A stretch of DNA of 32,000 bases from Methylorubrum extorquens (GTDB lineage: Bacteria; Pseudomonadota; Alphaproteobacteria; Rhizobiales; Beijerinckiaceae), in contig LT962688.1 in assembly GCA_900234795.1 (NCBI GenBank), positions 3,030,001 to 3,062,000 of the forward strand, in the 5' to 3' direction. The notes under the pieces are model-generated. The model saw nothing but the letters and a program-made list of their open reading frames with translations, had not been told where the DNA came from and ran no database searches. This document shows positions 9,515 through 18,198 of the stretch, piece after piece (position 1 is the stretch's first letter; each line of letters opens with the position of its first letter). The position numbers were made by a program, and so were the translations under genes.

Positions 9515-11047
9515 TCAGGTGCGCGGTGCTCGGTCGAGCCAGCCGATCGCCCGGCCACCCTCGCCACCGGAGCGCGCGGGCCGACCGTCGCGACGGCCGT
9601 CGCTCGGACGGGCTCCTTGCGGACGCGCACCCTGCGGACGGGCCTCGCCGGCCCGCTCGGGACGGCGCTGATCCTGCCGCTGACCGTCGGGGCGCGGTGC
9701 GCCGGCGGCGCGCTGGTCCTGACGGTGACCCGGCTGTCCACCGGGACGCCCGCCGCGGGCTTCGTGGGCGCGCGGCTCGCCGCGTCCCTCGCCACCCTGG
9801 CCGCGACCGCCGCCCGGACGACCCTGGCGCTGGCCGGGGCGACCCTGCGGCTGACGCGGCGGACGGCGCGCCTCCTCGGCGGCGTTGTCCTGCGCTTCCT
9901 GGCGCGTCGGCGGCACAAAGCCCTCGGGGAACCCGCCGACGGGAATCTTCTGGCGCGTGGTGCGCTCGATGTCGCGCAGGTAAGCGCGCTCCTCGTCGTT
10001 GCAGAACGAGATCGCCTGACCTTCCGCACCCGCACGCGCCGTACGGCCGATGCGGTGGACGTAGGATTCCGGCACGTTCGGCAGATCGTAGTTCACGACG
10101 TGGGTCACGCCGTCGACATCGATGCCGCGGGCGGCGATGTCGGTCGCCACCAGCACGCGGCAGGAACCGTCGCGGAAGGCGGCGAGCGCCCGCTCGCGCT
10201 GCGGCTGGCTCTTGTTGCCATGGATCGCCGCGCTGACGACGCTGGCCTTGTCGAGGCCGCGCACGACCCGGTCCGCACCGTGCTTGGTGCGGGTGAAGAC
10301 GAGCACGCGCTCGATCTTCGGGTCACGCAGGACGTGGTTGAGCAGGGCCTGCTTGGCGCCGGTGTGGCAGAAGATGACCTGCTGATCGACGCGCTCGGCG
10401 GTGGTCGCCACGGGCGTGACCGCCACCTGCACCGGGTTGCTGAGATACTGGTCGGCGAGCCCGGCGATGTTCTTCGGCATGGTAGCCGAGAAGAACAGGC
10501 TCTGCCGCTTGGCCGGCAGCATCTTCACGATGCGCTTCAGCGCGTGGATGAAGCCGAGGTCGAGCATCTGGTCGGCCTCGTCGAGGACGAGGATCTCGAC
10601 GCCCTCCAGCGTCAGTGCGCGGCGATCGACGAGGTCGATGAGCCGGCCCGGCGTGGCGACGAGGATGTCGACGCCCGGCGCGATCGCCCGCTCCTGGCGG
10701 GTGATGTTCACACCGCCGAAGACGACGGTGTTGGTGTAGGGCAGGTGCCGGCCATAATCCGAGAAGCTGTCGGCGATCTGGCTGGCGAGCTCGCGGGTCG
10801 GCGACAGCACGAGCACGCGGCAACCGCGGCGCGGCGCACGGCGGCTGTCGAGCGACAGGCGATGCAGGATCGGCAGGGCGAAGGCAGCGGTCTTGCCGGT
10901 GCCGGTCTGAGCGATGCCGCAGAGGTCGCGGCCTTCCATCGCGGGCGGGACGGCCTGCGCCTGGATCGGCGTCGGCGTGACGTAGCCGGCCTCTTCCAGC
11001 GCGCGGAGCACGGGCTGAGCGAGGCCGAAATCGGTAAATTGGGTCAA
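9515..11047 (-). CDS. rhlE: DEAD-box ATP-dependent RNA helicase (RhlE-like) with an Arg/Gly/Pro/Gln-rich C-terminal tail
   Basis: Q-motif region FTDFGL...[27 protein letters not shown] (VLDEAD), [13 protein letters not shown]. Start set at in-frame TTG 11047, giving the typical [10 protein letters not shown]-terminus. The ORF stays open to 11194, so the start is uncertain. Confidence 0.93.
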   Translation of the reverse strand: MTQFTDFGLAQPVLRALEEAGYVTPTPIQAQAVPPAMEGRDLCGIAQTGTGKTAAFALPILHRLSLDSRRAPRRGCRVLVLSPTRELASQIADSFSDYGRHLPYTNTVVFGGVNITRQERAIAPGVDILVATPGRLIDLVDRRALTLEGVEILVLDEADQMLDLGFIHALKRIVKMLPAKRQSLFFSATMPKNIAGLADQYLSNPVQVAVTPVATTAERVDQQVIFCHTGAKQALLNHVLRDPKIERVLVFTRTKHGADRVVRGLDKASVVSAAIHGNKSQPQRERALAAFRDGSCRVLVATDIAARGIDVDGVTHVVNYDLPNVPESYVHRIGRTARAGAEGQAISFCNDEERAYLRDIERTTRQKIPVGGFPEGFVPPTRQEAQDNAAEEARRPPRQPQGRPGQRQGRPGGGRGQGGEGRGEPRAHEARGGRPGGQPGHRQDQRAAGAPRPDGQRQDQRRPERAGEARPQGARPQGARPSDGRRDGRPARSGGEGGRAIGWLDRAPRT

Positions 11048-11706
11048 GTCGTTACTTTCAAGGCAGCGGAACCCGCAATCCGGCGCATCAATTCGCGCGG
11101 GACTATCAAAGGCGGGTCCATCGGTCCGGGAGGCTGCCCGCGTGATGGAGCGGCCTGGGGTGCATACACGTTGAAGAGAGGGGCCGGGGCACAACCTTGG
11201 AAAAGGCGCGAACCGTCACGCAGCCCCCTCAAGCGACCCCGTTCGGTCGCTGACGCTGCAGATGCGATATGCGACGTTGCACCTGCGAAGTCAATGCGCC
11301 CGACCTCCCGATCCCTTCGATCACGGCGCGCCCTCTCAGGGGCGGGTGCAGATCCCGCGGCGCCAACCTGTCCAGCGAGCGGGGTCTCGGAACTGATGAG
11401 AGCGGACCGGCAAAGTGACGGTTTCGCAAAAATCTTCGCAACTTGCACCGCCAAGCTTTTGCAACGCAGAACGCAGCACCTTTGCTATAAACTTTCATCA
11501 AGTGGCGTAGCAACGGAAGACCCCGCGTCCGGCCCGTTTCAATCCGTCGACGCAGTGTCTATCATATGGAATAATCGTGCGGTAAAATTCCTCTCTCACA
11601 ACATTTTATAGTTTCGAATAAAATCATCCCTGCGGCGGGAACATTGCCACATCTGCAAGGGATGCCCGTTGGTCTGCTTGGCAACCACCAGGGCGGGAGT
11701 TTTGCA

Positions 11707-12792
11707 ATGGCCACGATTTCGGGAACCAACGGCGACAACGTTCTCAACGGCACCCTTCAAGATGACGTGATCCTCGGTCTCCTCGGAAACGATGTCATTA
11801 CGGACCCGGGTGGATTCAACCGGATCGACGGTCAGGACGGAAACGACACGATCACCGGCGGAAACAACGTCGATTACATCGCCGGCGGGCCGGGTAACGA
11901 CACGATTTACGGTGGCAACGGATCCGACCAGCTGATTGGCGAGATCGGCAACGACACGATCTACGGTCAGGACGGCGATGATTACGCAGCCGGCAATCCC
12001 GGCGACGACGTCCTGTACGGCGGCCGGGGCAACGACTTTTTCGTTGGCGAGCAGGGCGCCGACCTCGTTTTCGGCGAAGAGGGCAATGACTTCGTCGCGG
12101 GCGGCGAGGACGACGACACCGTCTACGGCGGCGACGGCAACGACCTCGTCGACGGCGATCTCGGCAACGATGTCCTGTTCGGCGATGCGGGCAACGACGT
12201 TCTGTTCGGCGATTACGGCAATGATCGGATGTCGGGCGGAACGGGCACCAACACGCTTGATGGCGCCCTCGGCATCGACACTGCGGTGTTCAACTTCAAT
12301 TTCGCTCAAGCGGGCGCGACGTCCGCAGGCACGCTGTCTTCCATCGCCGGACAGAATTCGCTCGATACGGTCAAGAACACGGACGTGTTCGCCTTCGCCG
12401 ACCGCTCGATCCTGCAGGGTGACGGCAACCAAGCCGTGGACGACCTGTTCTACCTCAGCCAATACGGCGACGTTTACCGGAACGGGAACGACGCCGAGCA
12501 GCACTTCAGCGATTACGGCTGGAAGGAAGGCCGCAACCCGAACGCCTTCTTCGACACGAAGGGGTACCTGGCTGCCTACGCCGATGTTGCGGCGGCCGGC
12601 ATCAATCCCCTCGAACACTACCTCACCTACGGGTGGAAGGAAGGCCGCGATCCCTCGGCCCAGTTCGACACCAAGCAGTACCTCGCAGCCAACGGCGATG
12701 TCGCGGCGGCCGGACTCAATCCTCTGCTGCACTACCTCGAATACGGCGCCGTCGAGGGCCGCGCGACGTTCAACGACGGCACCTTCGCCTGA
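11707..12792 (+). CDS. RTX-type (hemolysin-type) calcium-binding repeat protein with three C-terminal ~35-aa repeats
   Basis: ATG 11707 has GGGAG 8 nt upstream. There are many GGxGxD nonapeptide repeats (GGNGSDQLIG, GGRGNDFFVG, GGDGNDLVDG, GDAGNDVLFG ...) and no N-terminal signal peptide. The C-terminus repeats F(D/Y)xxxYLxxxxDVxxAGxNPLxHYxxxGWKEGRxP three times. Confidence 0.85.
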   Translation: MATISGTNGDNVLNGTLQDDVILGLLGNDVITDPGGFNRIDGQDGNDTITGGNNVDYIAGGPGNDTIYGGNGSDQLIGEIGNDTIYGQDGDDYAAGNPGDDVLYGGRGNDFFVGEQGADLVFGEEGNDFVAGGEDDDTVYGGDGNDLVDGDLGNDVLFGDAGNDVLFGDYGNDRMSGGTGTNTLDGALGIDTAVFNFNFAQAGATSAGTLSSIAGQNSLDTVKNTDVFAFADRSILQGDGNQAVDDLFYLSQYGDVYRNGNDAEQHFSDYGWKEGRNPNAFFDTKGYLAAYADVAAAGINPLEHYLTYGWKEGRDPSAQFDTKQYLAANGDVAAAGLNPLLHYLEYGAVEGRATFNDGTFA

Positions 12793-12833
12793 TCTCGGCA
12801 TCAAGGCCGGAACATCGACCAGGCAATCGATGC

Positions 12834-12862
12834 GGCCCCGCGGGCGACAAGCCCGCGGGGCC
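12834..12862. terminator. perfect 12-bp GC stem-loop between convergent genes (terminator-like, no T tract)
   Basis: ggccccgcgggc-gacaa-gcccgcggggcc, about 40 nt after the RTX gene stop codon. Confidence 0.45.
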
Positions 12863-12873
12863 GCCCTGCATCA

Positions 12874-12913
12874 GGCGCGCGGCCGCGCCGCAGGGCGCGC
12901 GGCCGCGCCGCAG
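12874..12913. repeat. exact 20-bp tandem duplication (ggcgcgcggccgcgccgcag x2)
   Basis: 12874-12893 and 12894-12913 are identical. Each copy contains the palindrome gcgcggccgcgc. Confidence 0.9.
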
Positions 12914-12922
12914 AGCGGTCGG

Positions 12923-13159
12923 TCAGCCCTCGTCGAACCGGCTCATCCGGAAGACCTCGATCCCCGCCCCGTCGATCACCCGCACCGCCTCTGCCGCCGT
13001 GCGGGAGCGCTGCGGCACGCGGGCACGGGCGAACAGGCGGCGTGCCCGCTCCTCCGCCCCCTCAAGGCTGTCCATCCGGACGGAAATGCGCTGCTGCACG
13101 CCTCCCGGCGCGCCGGCCTCCTCGGGCCCGAGCACTTCGATGTGGTAGGTCTCACGCAC
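12923..13159 (-). CDS. hypothetical 78-aa protein
   Basis: GTG-initiated ORF with very high GC3 and GGAAG upstream. It lies in an otherwise unassigned gap and no family is recognised. It partly overlaps the long antisense ORF 12976..14313, which I reject. Confidence 0.4.
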   Translation of the reverse strand: MRETYHIEVLGPEEAGAPGGVQQRISVRMDSLEGAEERARRLFARARVPQRSRTAAEAVRVIDGAGIEVFRMSRFDEG

Positions 13160-13431
13160 GTCGCTTCCGCATCCTCAGATCTGTCGTGTCGCGCCCGGCG
13201 GATCCCGACCGGTCGGCTTTCGCAGGGACCGCCGACGAACAATCCCAACCATCGCCGGGCCGGTCCCGATCGGCACTTACCCGAACATCGGTCCGCTGAC
13301 AGTCCGGCGAAAGGGTCACAGCCCCCGCCGACCCGGTGACGCGCAGGCTTTCCGATCCTTGGACTTGCCGAAACCCCGCCGATGCCGGATGTGGTGTCTT
13401 CCCCGCGAAGACCCGCGCAGCGAGGACATTC

Positions 13432-14280
13432 ATGACCACATCGCCCTTCGTCACGGTGGAATGGCTGCATCAGCGCCTGAACGCGCCGGACGTCGTCGTG
13501 CTCGATGCCTCGTGGTACCTGCCGGCGCAGGGGCGCGACGCCGCGGCGGAGTATCAGGCAGCCCACATCCCCGGTGCGATCCGCTTCGATCTGGACGCGA
13601 TGAGCGACACCGAATCCGCCCTCCCCCACATGCTGCCGCGACCCGAGGTGTTCTCCTCGAAGATGCGCGCGCTCGGGGTCGGCGACGGGGCGCAGGTCGT
13701 GGTCTATGACGGGATGGGCCTGTTCTCGGCGCCGCGGGTTCGCTGGATGCTCCAGACCTTCGGCATGCGCGAGGTCAAGATTCTGGAAGGCGGCATGCCG
13801 GCATGGGTCGCGGCGGGCTACCCGACCGAGGACGGCGAGGGCCGCCCGCGCGACCGGCGCCATTTCACGGCCCGGCTCAACAACGGCGCCGTGGCGGATG
13901 CGGGCGACATCGCCCGCGCCCTGGCCAGCGGCACGACGCAGGTGGTCGATGCCCGCTCCGGCCCGCGCTTCCGCGGCGAGGAGGCGGAGCCCCGCCCCGG
14001 CGTGCGCCCCGGCCACATGCCCGGTGCCAAGAACCTGCACTACGCCGCCCTTCAGGCGAACGGCCGCCTGCGGGACGAGGCCTCGCTGCGCGCCGCGATC
14101 GCGGAGGCCGGCGTCGATCTCGACCGCCCCGTCGTCACCACCTGCGGCTCGGGCGTGACTGCGGCCATCGTCGCACTGGCGCTCGAGACGTTGGGCAAGG
14201 AGCCGCGGGCGCTCTATGACGGCTCGTGGTCGGAATGGGGAGCCGATCCCGCCCGCCCCGTCGAGACCGGCCCCGCCTGA
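13432..14280 (+). CDS. sseA: 3-mercaptopyruvate sulfurtransferase (tandem rhodanese domains)
   Basis: 282 aa from the internal ATG 13432 (GAGGA 7 nt upstream). N-terminus FVTVEWLHQRLNAPDVVVLDASWYLP...HIPGA. Active-site loop CGSGVTA and RFRGEEAEPRPGVRPGHMPGAKN are typical of SseA/3-MST. Confidence 0.9.
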   Translation: MTTSPFVTVEWLHQRLNAPDVVVLDASWYLPAQGRDAAAEYQAAHIPGAIRFDLDAMSDTESALPHMLPRPEVFSSKMRALGVGDGAQVVVYDGMGLFSAPRVRWMLQTFGMREVKILEGGMPAWVAAGYPTEDGEGRPRDRRHFTARLNNGAVADAGDIARALASGTTQVVDARSGPRFRGEEAEPRPGVRPGHMPGAKNLHYAALQANGRLRDEASLRAAIAEAGVDLDRPVVTTCGSGVTAAIVALALETLGKEPRALYDGSWSEWGADPARPVETGPA

Positions 14281-14467
14281 GCGGCGAAGCGCCGCCGCGT
14301 CGGGCCGGTGCATTCCGGGGATGTCGGCCCCGGCGAGGACGACACAGCGTTAAAGGGCGGTTAAGAGGACGGGCATAAGCTTGGCCGAAGCCGGCTGCCG
14401 GGTGCCCCATCGGGCGGCTCCGGGCGGCAACCCGTACGGCCCGTCTCGAAGGCTCGGAGGATACGGC

Positions 14468-16180
14468 TTGGGCAGGGGCCCCGAACGCTTGCAGCTCTAC
14501 CGCCTGCTCGGTCGCGAGATCGTCCGCGCGGTTCGCGAACGGACGGCACAGCTCACGGCGCGGCCCGAGATCCTCACCCGCGCGCGGGTGACCGGCCTCG
14601 TGATCGCGCCGCACGACCTGCGGACCAGCGACGCCTCGCTCGCCGACGACATCTATTCCGGCCTGTTCGTCTTCGCCGGCCGCTCGCTGGTGGTGAGCGG
14701 ACGCTCGCCCTTCGACTACGATCCCCCCTTCCCCGAATGGGCGGATGCGCTCTACGGCTTCGGTTGGCTGCGCCACCTGCGCGCCGCCGACACGGCATTG
14801 GCCCGGGCCAATGCCCGCGCCTTCGTCTCGGACTTCATGAGCGGACGCGGCGAGGCGGCCCGTGCCAGCCCGGTGCCGGTCGCCTCACGCCGGCTGATCT
14901 CGTTCCTGTGCCAGTCGCCGCTGGTGCTGGAGGGCGCCGACCACGCTTTCTATCAGGCCTTCCTCAAGGCGGTCGGCAAGAGCGCGCGGGAACTGGAACG
15001 CTCGCTGCGGCGCTCGTCACCGCCGCAATCGCGCCTGCTGGCAGCGGTGGCGCTGACCTATGCCGGGCTGTGCTGTGAGGGCATCGAGCCGATCCTGCGC
15101 CGGGCCACCCGCATCCTCGTGCGCGAACTCGAAGCGCAGATCCTGCCGGATGGCGGCCACCGATCCCGCGATCCGCGCTTTGCCATGGAGCTGCTGCTCG
15201 ATCTGCTGCCCCTGCGCCAGAGCTTCCTCAGCCGCAGTGTCGATCCGCCGGAAGCGCTCCTGCGCGCCGTCGACCGGATGCTGCCGGCGCTGCGCCTCCT
15301 GCGGCACGGCGATGCCTCGCTCAGCCACTTCAACGGCATGGGCGTGACGGCGGCCGACCATCTCGCCACGCTGCTGGTCTATGACGGGGCCGGCACCGAG
15401 CCGCTGATGTACGCCTCCCATTCCGGCTACGCCCGGCTCGAACTGGGGCGGGTCGTGCTCGTCTGCGATGTCGGCGCGCCGCCGCCGATGGACCAGTCGC
15501 GTGAGGCTGCCGCCGGCTGCCTCTCCTTCGAACTGACGAGCGGGGCGCAGCGCATCGTCGTCAATTGCGGCAGTCCCGCGAGCGGCGGCGAGCTGCGCCG
15601 GGCGGCGCGGAGCACCGCCGCCCACTCGACGGCGACGGTCGCCGACACCTCTTCCTGCCGCTTCCTCGACGAGCCGGAGGATTGGTGGATCAGCCGGATC
15701 GCTGCCCGCTGGCTGCTCTACCGCCGCGGCCCCGTGGTCCTGCGCGGTCCCGGTCCGGTCGCGGTCGAGCGGCGCACGGAGAACGGGGCCGCGGTCCTGG
15801 CCGCGCGCCATGATGGCTACGTCACCGAATTCGGCATCCTGCACGAGCGCCGCTGGCGTCTCTCCGACAGCCCCGTGCGGCTGGCGGGCGAGGACGCGTT
15901 GCGGCGCGACAGCAAGCGCCCGCGCTCGCGGCCCCAGCCCGTCGCGGTGCGCTTCCATCTCCACACCGCCGTCGCGACGCAGCCTCAGGACGACGGCAGC
16001 GTGATGCTGGGCCTGCCGACCGGCGAGCGATGGCGCTTCACGGTGGAGGGTGCGACGGCGGCGATCGAGGAGAGCGTTTATTTCGCCGGCGTCGTCGGAG
16101 CGCGGCGGACCGCGCAGATCGTCCTGCACCTGACGGTGGACGAGGACGCGCTGGTGCGCTGGCAGATCGAACAGGTCTGA
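14468..16180 (+). CDS. heparinase II/III-family protein
   Basis: Large ORF immediately upstream of purH, a pairing I recall as common in Rhizobiales. The central and C-terminal sequence (LPDGGHRSRDP...HGDASLSHFNGMG...HSGYARLE...DAGCLSFEL-like segment...HSTATV) resembles heparinase II/III-like proteins. Start taken at TTG 14468, which has a perfect GGAGGA 6 nt upstream. The ORF stays open to 14381. Confidence 0.75.
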   Translation: MGRGPERLQLYRLLGREIVRAVRERTAQLTARPEILTRARVTGLVIAPHDLRTSDASLADDIYSGLFVFAGRSLVVSGRSPFDYDPPFPEWADALYGFGWLRHLRAADTALARANARAFVSDFMSGRGEAARASPVPVASRRLISFLCQSPLVLEGADHAFYQAFLKAVGKSARELERSLRRSSPPQSRLLAAVALTYAGLCCEGIEPILRRATRILVRELEAQILPDGGHRSRDPRFAMELLLDLLPLRQSFLSRSVDPPEALLRAVDRMLPALRLLRHGDASLSHFNGMGVTAADHLATLLVYDGAGTEPLMYASHSGYARLELGRVVLVCDVGAPPPMDQSREAAAGCLSFELTSGAQRIVVNCGSPASGGELRRAARSTAAHSTATVADTSSCRFLDEPEDWWISRIAARWLLYRRGPVVLRGPGPVAVERRTENGAAVLAARHDGYVTEFGILHERRWRLSDSPVRLAGEDALRRDSKRPRSRPQPVAVRFHLHTAVATQPQDDGSVMLGLPTGERWRFTVEGATAAIEESVYFAGVVGARRTAQIVLHLTVDEDALVRWQIEQV

Positions 16181-16387
16181 CTCCAATCGCGGGGCAGCGG
16201 GCCTCTGCCGGATGCACGGGAGCCCCCGACGACGGCTTCGGTGCCGCTCGGCAGGACGCGACTCTTAAGTGTAGCGCTTGAAACACCCGCCTCTGTAGCC
16301 GGACATCGTCCGCTTCAACTGGCCGCACCGACTGGTTCCGTGCTACCGCGCGCGCAAATTCCCTCACTGACGACACAGGCGATCCCC

Positions 16388-17986
16388 ATGCCGCGCGACC
16401 AGATCCGGGTCACCCGCGCCCTCCTTTCCGTTTCGGACAAGACCGGGCTCACGGACTTCGCTGCGGCGCTGAGCCAGCGCGGCGTCGAACTCGTCTCGAC
16501 CGGCGGCACCCACCGCGCGTTGACCGAAGCGGGTCTCGCCGTCCGGGAAGTCTCAGAGCTGACGCGCTTCCCGGAAATGATGGACGGCCGGGTGAAGACG
16601 CTGCATCCAGCGGTCCATGGCGGCCTGCTCGCAGTGCGCGACAACCCCGAGCATCAGGCGGCTTTGGCCGCCCACGGCATCGGCGCGATCGACCTGCTCG
16701 TGGTCAACCTCTACCCGTTCGAGGAAACACTGAAGGCCGGCAAGGCCTATGACGATTGCGTCGAGAACATCGATGTCGGCGGCCCGGCGATGATCCGCGC
16801 GGCGGCCAAGAACCATGCCGACGTCGCCGTGGTGGTCGATGTCTCAGACTACGGCGCCATCCTCGCCGAACTCGCGGAGCATGACGGCAATCTCACCGCC
16901 ACGACCCGCCGCCGGCTGGCGCAGAAGGCGTTTTCGCGCACCGCCTCCTATGATGCGGCGATCGCCAACTGGCTCGCCGAGGTCGAGGGGCGCGACAAGG
17001 CCCCGACCTTCAAGGCGCTCGGCGGAACGCTCGCCCAGAGCCTGCGCTACGGCGAGAACCCTCACCAATCCGCCGCCTTCTACCGCCTGCCCGGCACCCT
17101 GCGCCCCGGCATCGCCACCGCCCGCCAGGTCCAGGGCAAGGAACTGTCCTACAACAACCTCAACGACACCGACGCCGCCTACGAATGCGTCGCCGAGTTC
17201 GACCCCGCCCGCACGGCGGCGGTGGCGATCATCAAGCACGCCAACCCCTGCGGCGTGGCAGAAGGGCCGGATCTGCTGGCGGCCTATGAGCAGGCGCTGG
17301 CCTGCGACCCGACTTCGGCCTTCGGCGGCATCGTCGCCCTCAACCGGCCTCTCGACGCCGAGGCCGCGAGAAAGATCGTCGAGATCTTCACCGAGGTCAT
17401 CATCGCCCCCGACGCCTCCGAGGAGGCGCTTGCCATCGTCGGCGCCAAGAAGAACCTGCGGCTTCTGCTCGCCGGCGGCCTCGCCAATCCGCGGGCGAAG
17501 GGTGAGGTCATCCGCACCGTGGCGGGCGGCTTCCTGGTCCAGGGCCGGGATGCGCTCAGCGTGGACGACATGGACCTGAAGGTCGTGACCAAGCGCGCCC
17601 CGAGCGAGGCGGAACTCGCCGACATGCGCTTTGCCTATCGGGTGGCCAAGCACGTGAAGTCGAACGCGATCGTCTACGCCAAGGGCGGCGCCACGGTCGG
17701 CATCGGCGCAGGCCAGATGTCGCGGGTGGATTCCTCGATCACCGCCGCGCGCAAGGCGGCGGAGGCGGCGCAGCGCCTCGGCCTGTCCGAGAGCCTCGCC
17801 AAGGGTTCGGCGGTGGCCTCCGACGCCTTCTTCCCCTTCGCCGACGGCCTGCTCGCCGCCGCCGAGGCCGGTGCCACCGCCGTGATCCAGCCCGGCGGCT
17901 CGATGCGCGACGACGAGGTGATCCGGGCCGCCGACGAGGCCGGGCTCGCCATGGTGTTCACCGGCGTGCGCCACTTCCGGCACTAG
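16388..17986 (+). CDS. purH: bifunctional AICAR formyltransferase / IMP cyclohydrolase
   Basis: 532 aa from the internal ATG 16388. [55 protein letters not shown]-like segments and C-terminus [18 protein letters not shown]...[11 protein letters not shown]. Confidence 0.98.
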   Translation: MPRDQIRVTRALLSVSDKTGLTDFAAALSQRGVELVSTGGTHRALTEAGLAVREVSELTRFPEMMDGRVKTLHPAVHGGLLAVRDNPEHQAALAAHGIGAIDLLVVNLYPFEETLKAGKAYDDCVENIDVGGPAMIRAAAKNHADVAVVVDVSDYGAILAELAEHDGNLTATTRRRLAQKAFSRTASYDAAIANWLAEVEGRDKAPTFKALGGTLAQSLRYGENPHQSAAFYRLPGTLRPGIATARQVQGKELSYNNLNDTDAAYECVAEFDPARTAAVAIIKHANPCGVAEGPDLLAAYEQALACDPTSAFGGIVALNRPLDAEAARKIVEIFTEVIIAPDASEEALAIVGAKKNLRLLLAGGLANPRAKGEVIRTVAGGFLVQGRDALSVDDMDLKVVTKRAPSEAELADMRFAYRVAKHVKSNAIVYAKGGATVGIGAGQMSRVDSSITAARKAAEAAQRLGLSESLAKGSAVASDAFFPFADGLLAAAEAGATAVIQPGGSMRDDEVIRAADEAGLAMVFTGVRHFRH

Positions 17987-18032
17987 AGCCGTATCCACCT
18001 GATCGCATCAGGCCGCCGTCTTTCAATTCCTG

Positions 18033-18090
18033 TTTTGACGCGCTTTCCTTCGCCGAACCGACATCCACTTCGTCGGAAAGCGTTTTAAGG
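18033..18090. repeat. lower-GC intergenic element with an 8-bp inverted repeat, resembling a dispersed rhizobial intergenic repeat family
   Basis: ttttgacgcgctttccttcgccgaaccgacatccacttcgtcggaaagcgttttaagg, where cgctttcc (18041-18048) pairs with ggaaagcg (18075-18082). The family resemblance is from memory and only one copy is present in this window. Confidence 0.3.
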
Positions 18091-18140
18091 CGGCGCGGTC
18101 GGCACATCCCTTAACCGGAGCCGGGGCTGCTTTCGAAATG

Positions 18141-18171
18141 AAAAAGGCCCCGCCTCTCGGCGGGGCCTTTT
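18141..18171. terminator. bidirectional Rho-independent terminator between purH (+) and the MFS gene (-)
   Basis: AAAAA-ggccccgcc-tctc-ggcggggcc-TTTT: a 9-bp GC stem with an A tract on one side and a T tract on the other. Confidence 0.8.
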
Positions 18172-18198
18172 CTGTATGGTCGGTCGGCTCCGAAACCG

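Noticed and set aside
9617-11611. 664-aa ORF on the plus strand (also 9364..10236 + and 9499..10035 -)
   Set aside because: These are antisense or off-frame to the DEAD-box helicase. The translations are Arg/Ala/Pro low-complexity.
11596-12804. 402-aa ORF on the minus strand and 467-aa ORF 11936..13339 on the plus strand
   Set aside because: These are the antisense and off-frame readings of the RTX-repeat gene. The repetitive GGxGxD-coding DNA keeps several frames open. Only the 11707..12792 frame gives a recognisable repeat protein and has an RBS.
16181-16387. Possible ZTP (pfl) riboswitch in the purH leader
   Set aside because: purH is a classic ZTP-riboswitch target and the leader is about 200 nt long. 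However, I could not find the conserved GGGUCGUGACUGGCG / CCGCCUGGGC cores in the right order. Only loose fragments are present (ccgactgg, acccgcctc), and in the wrong arrangement.
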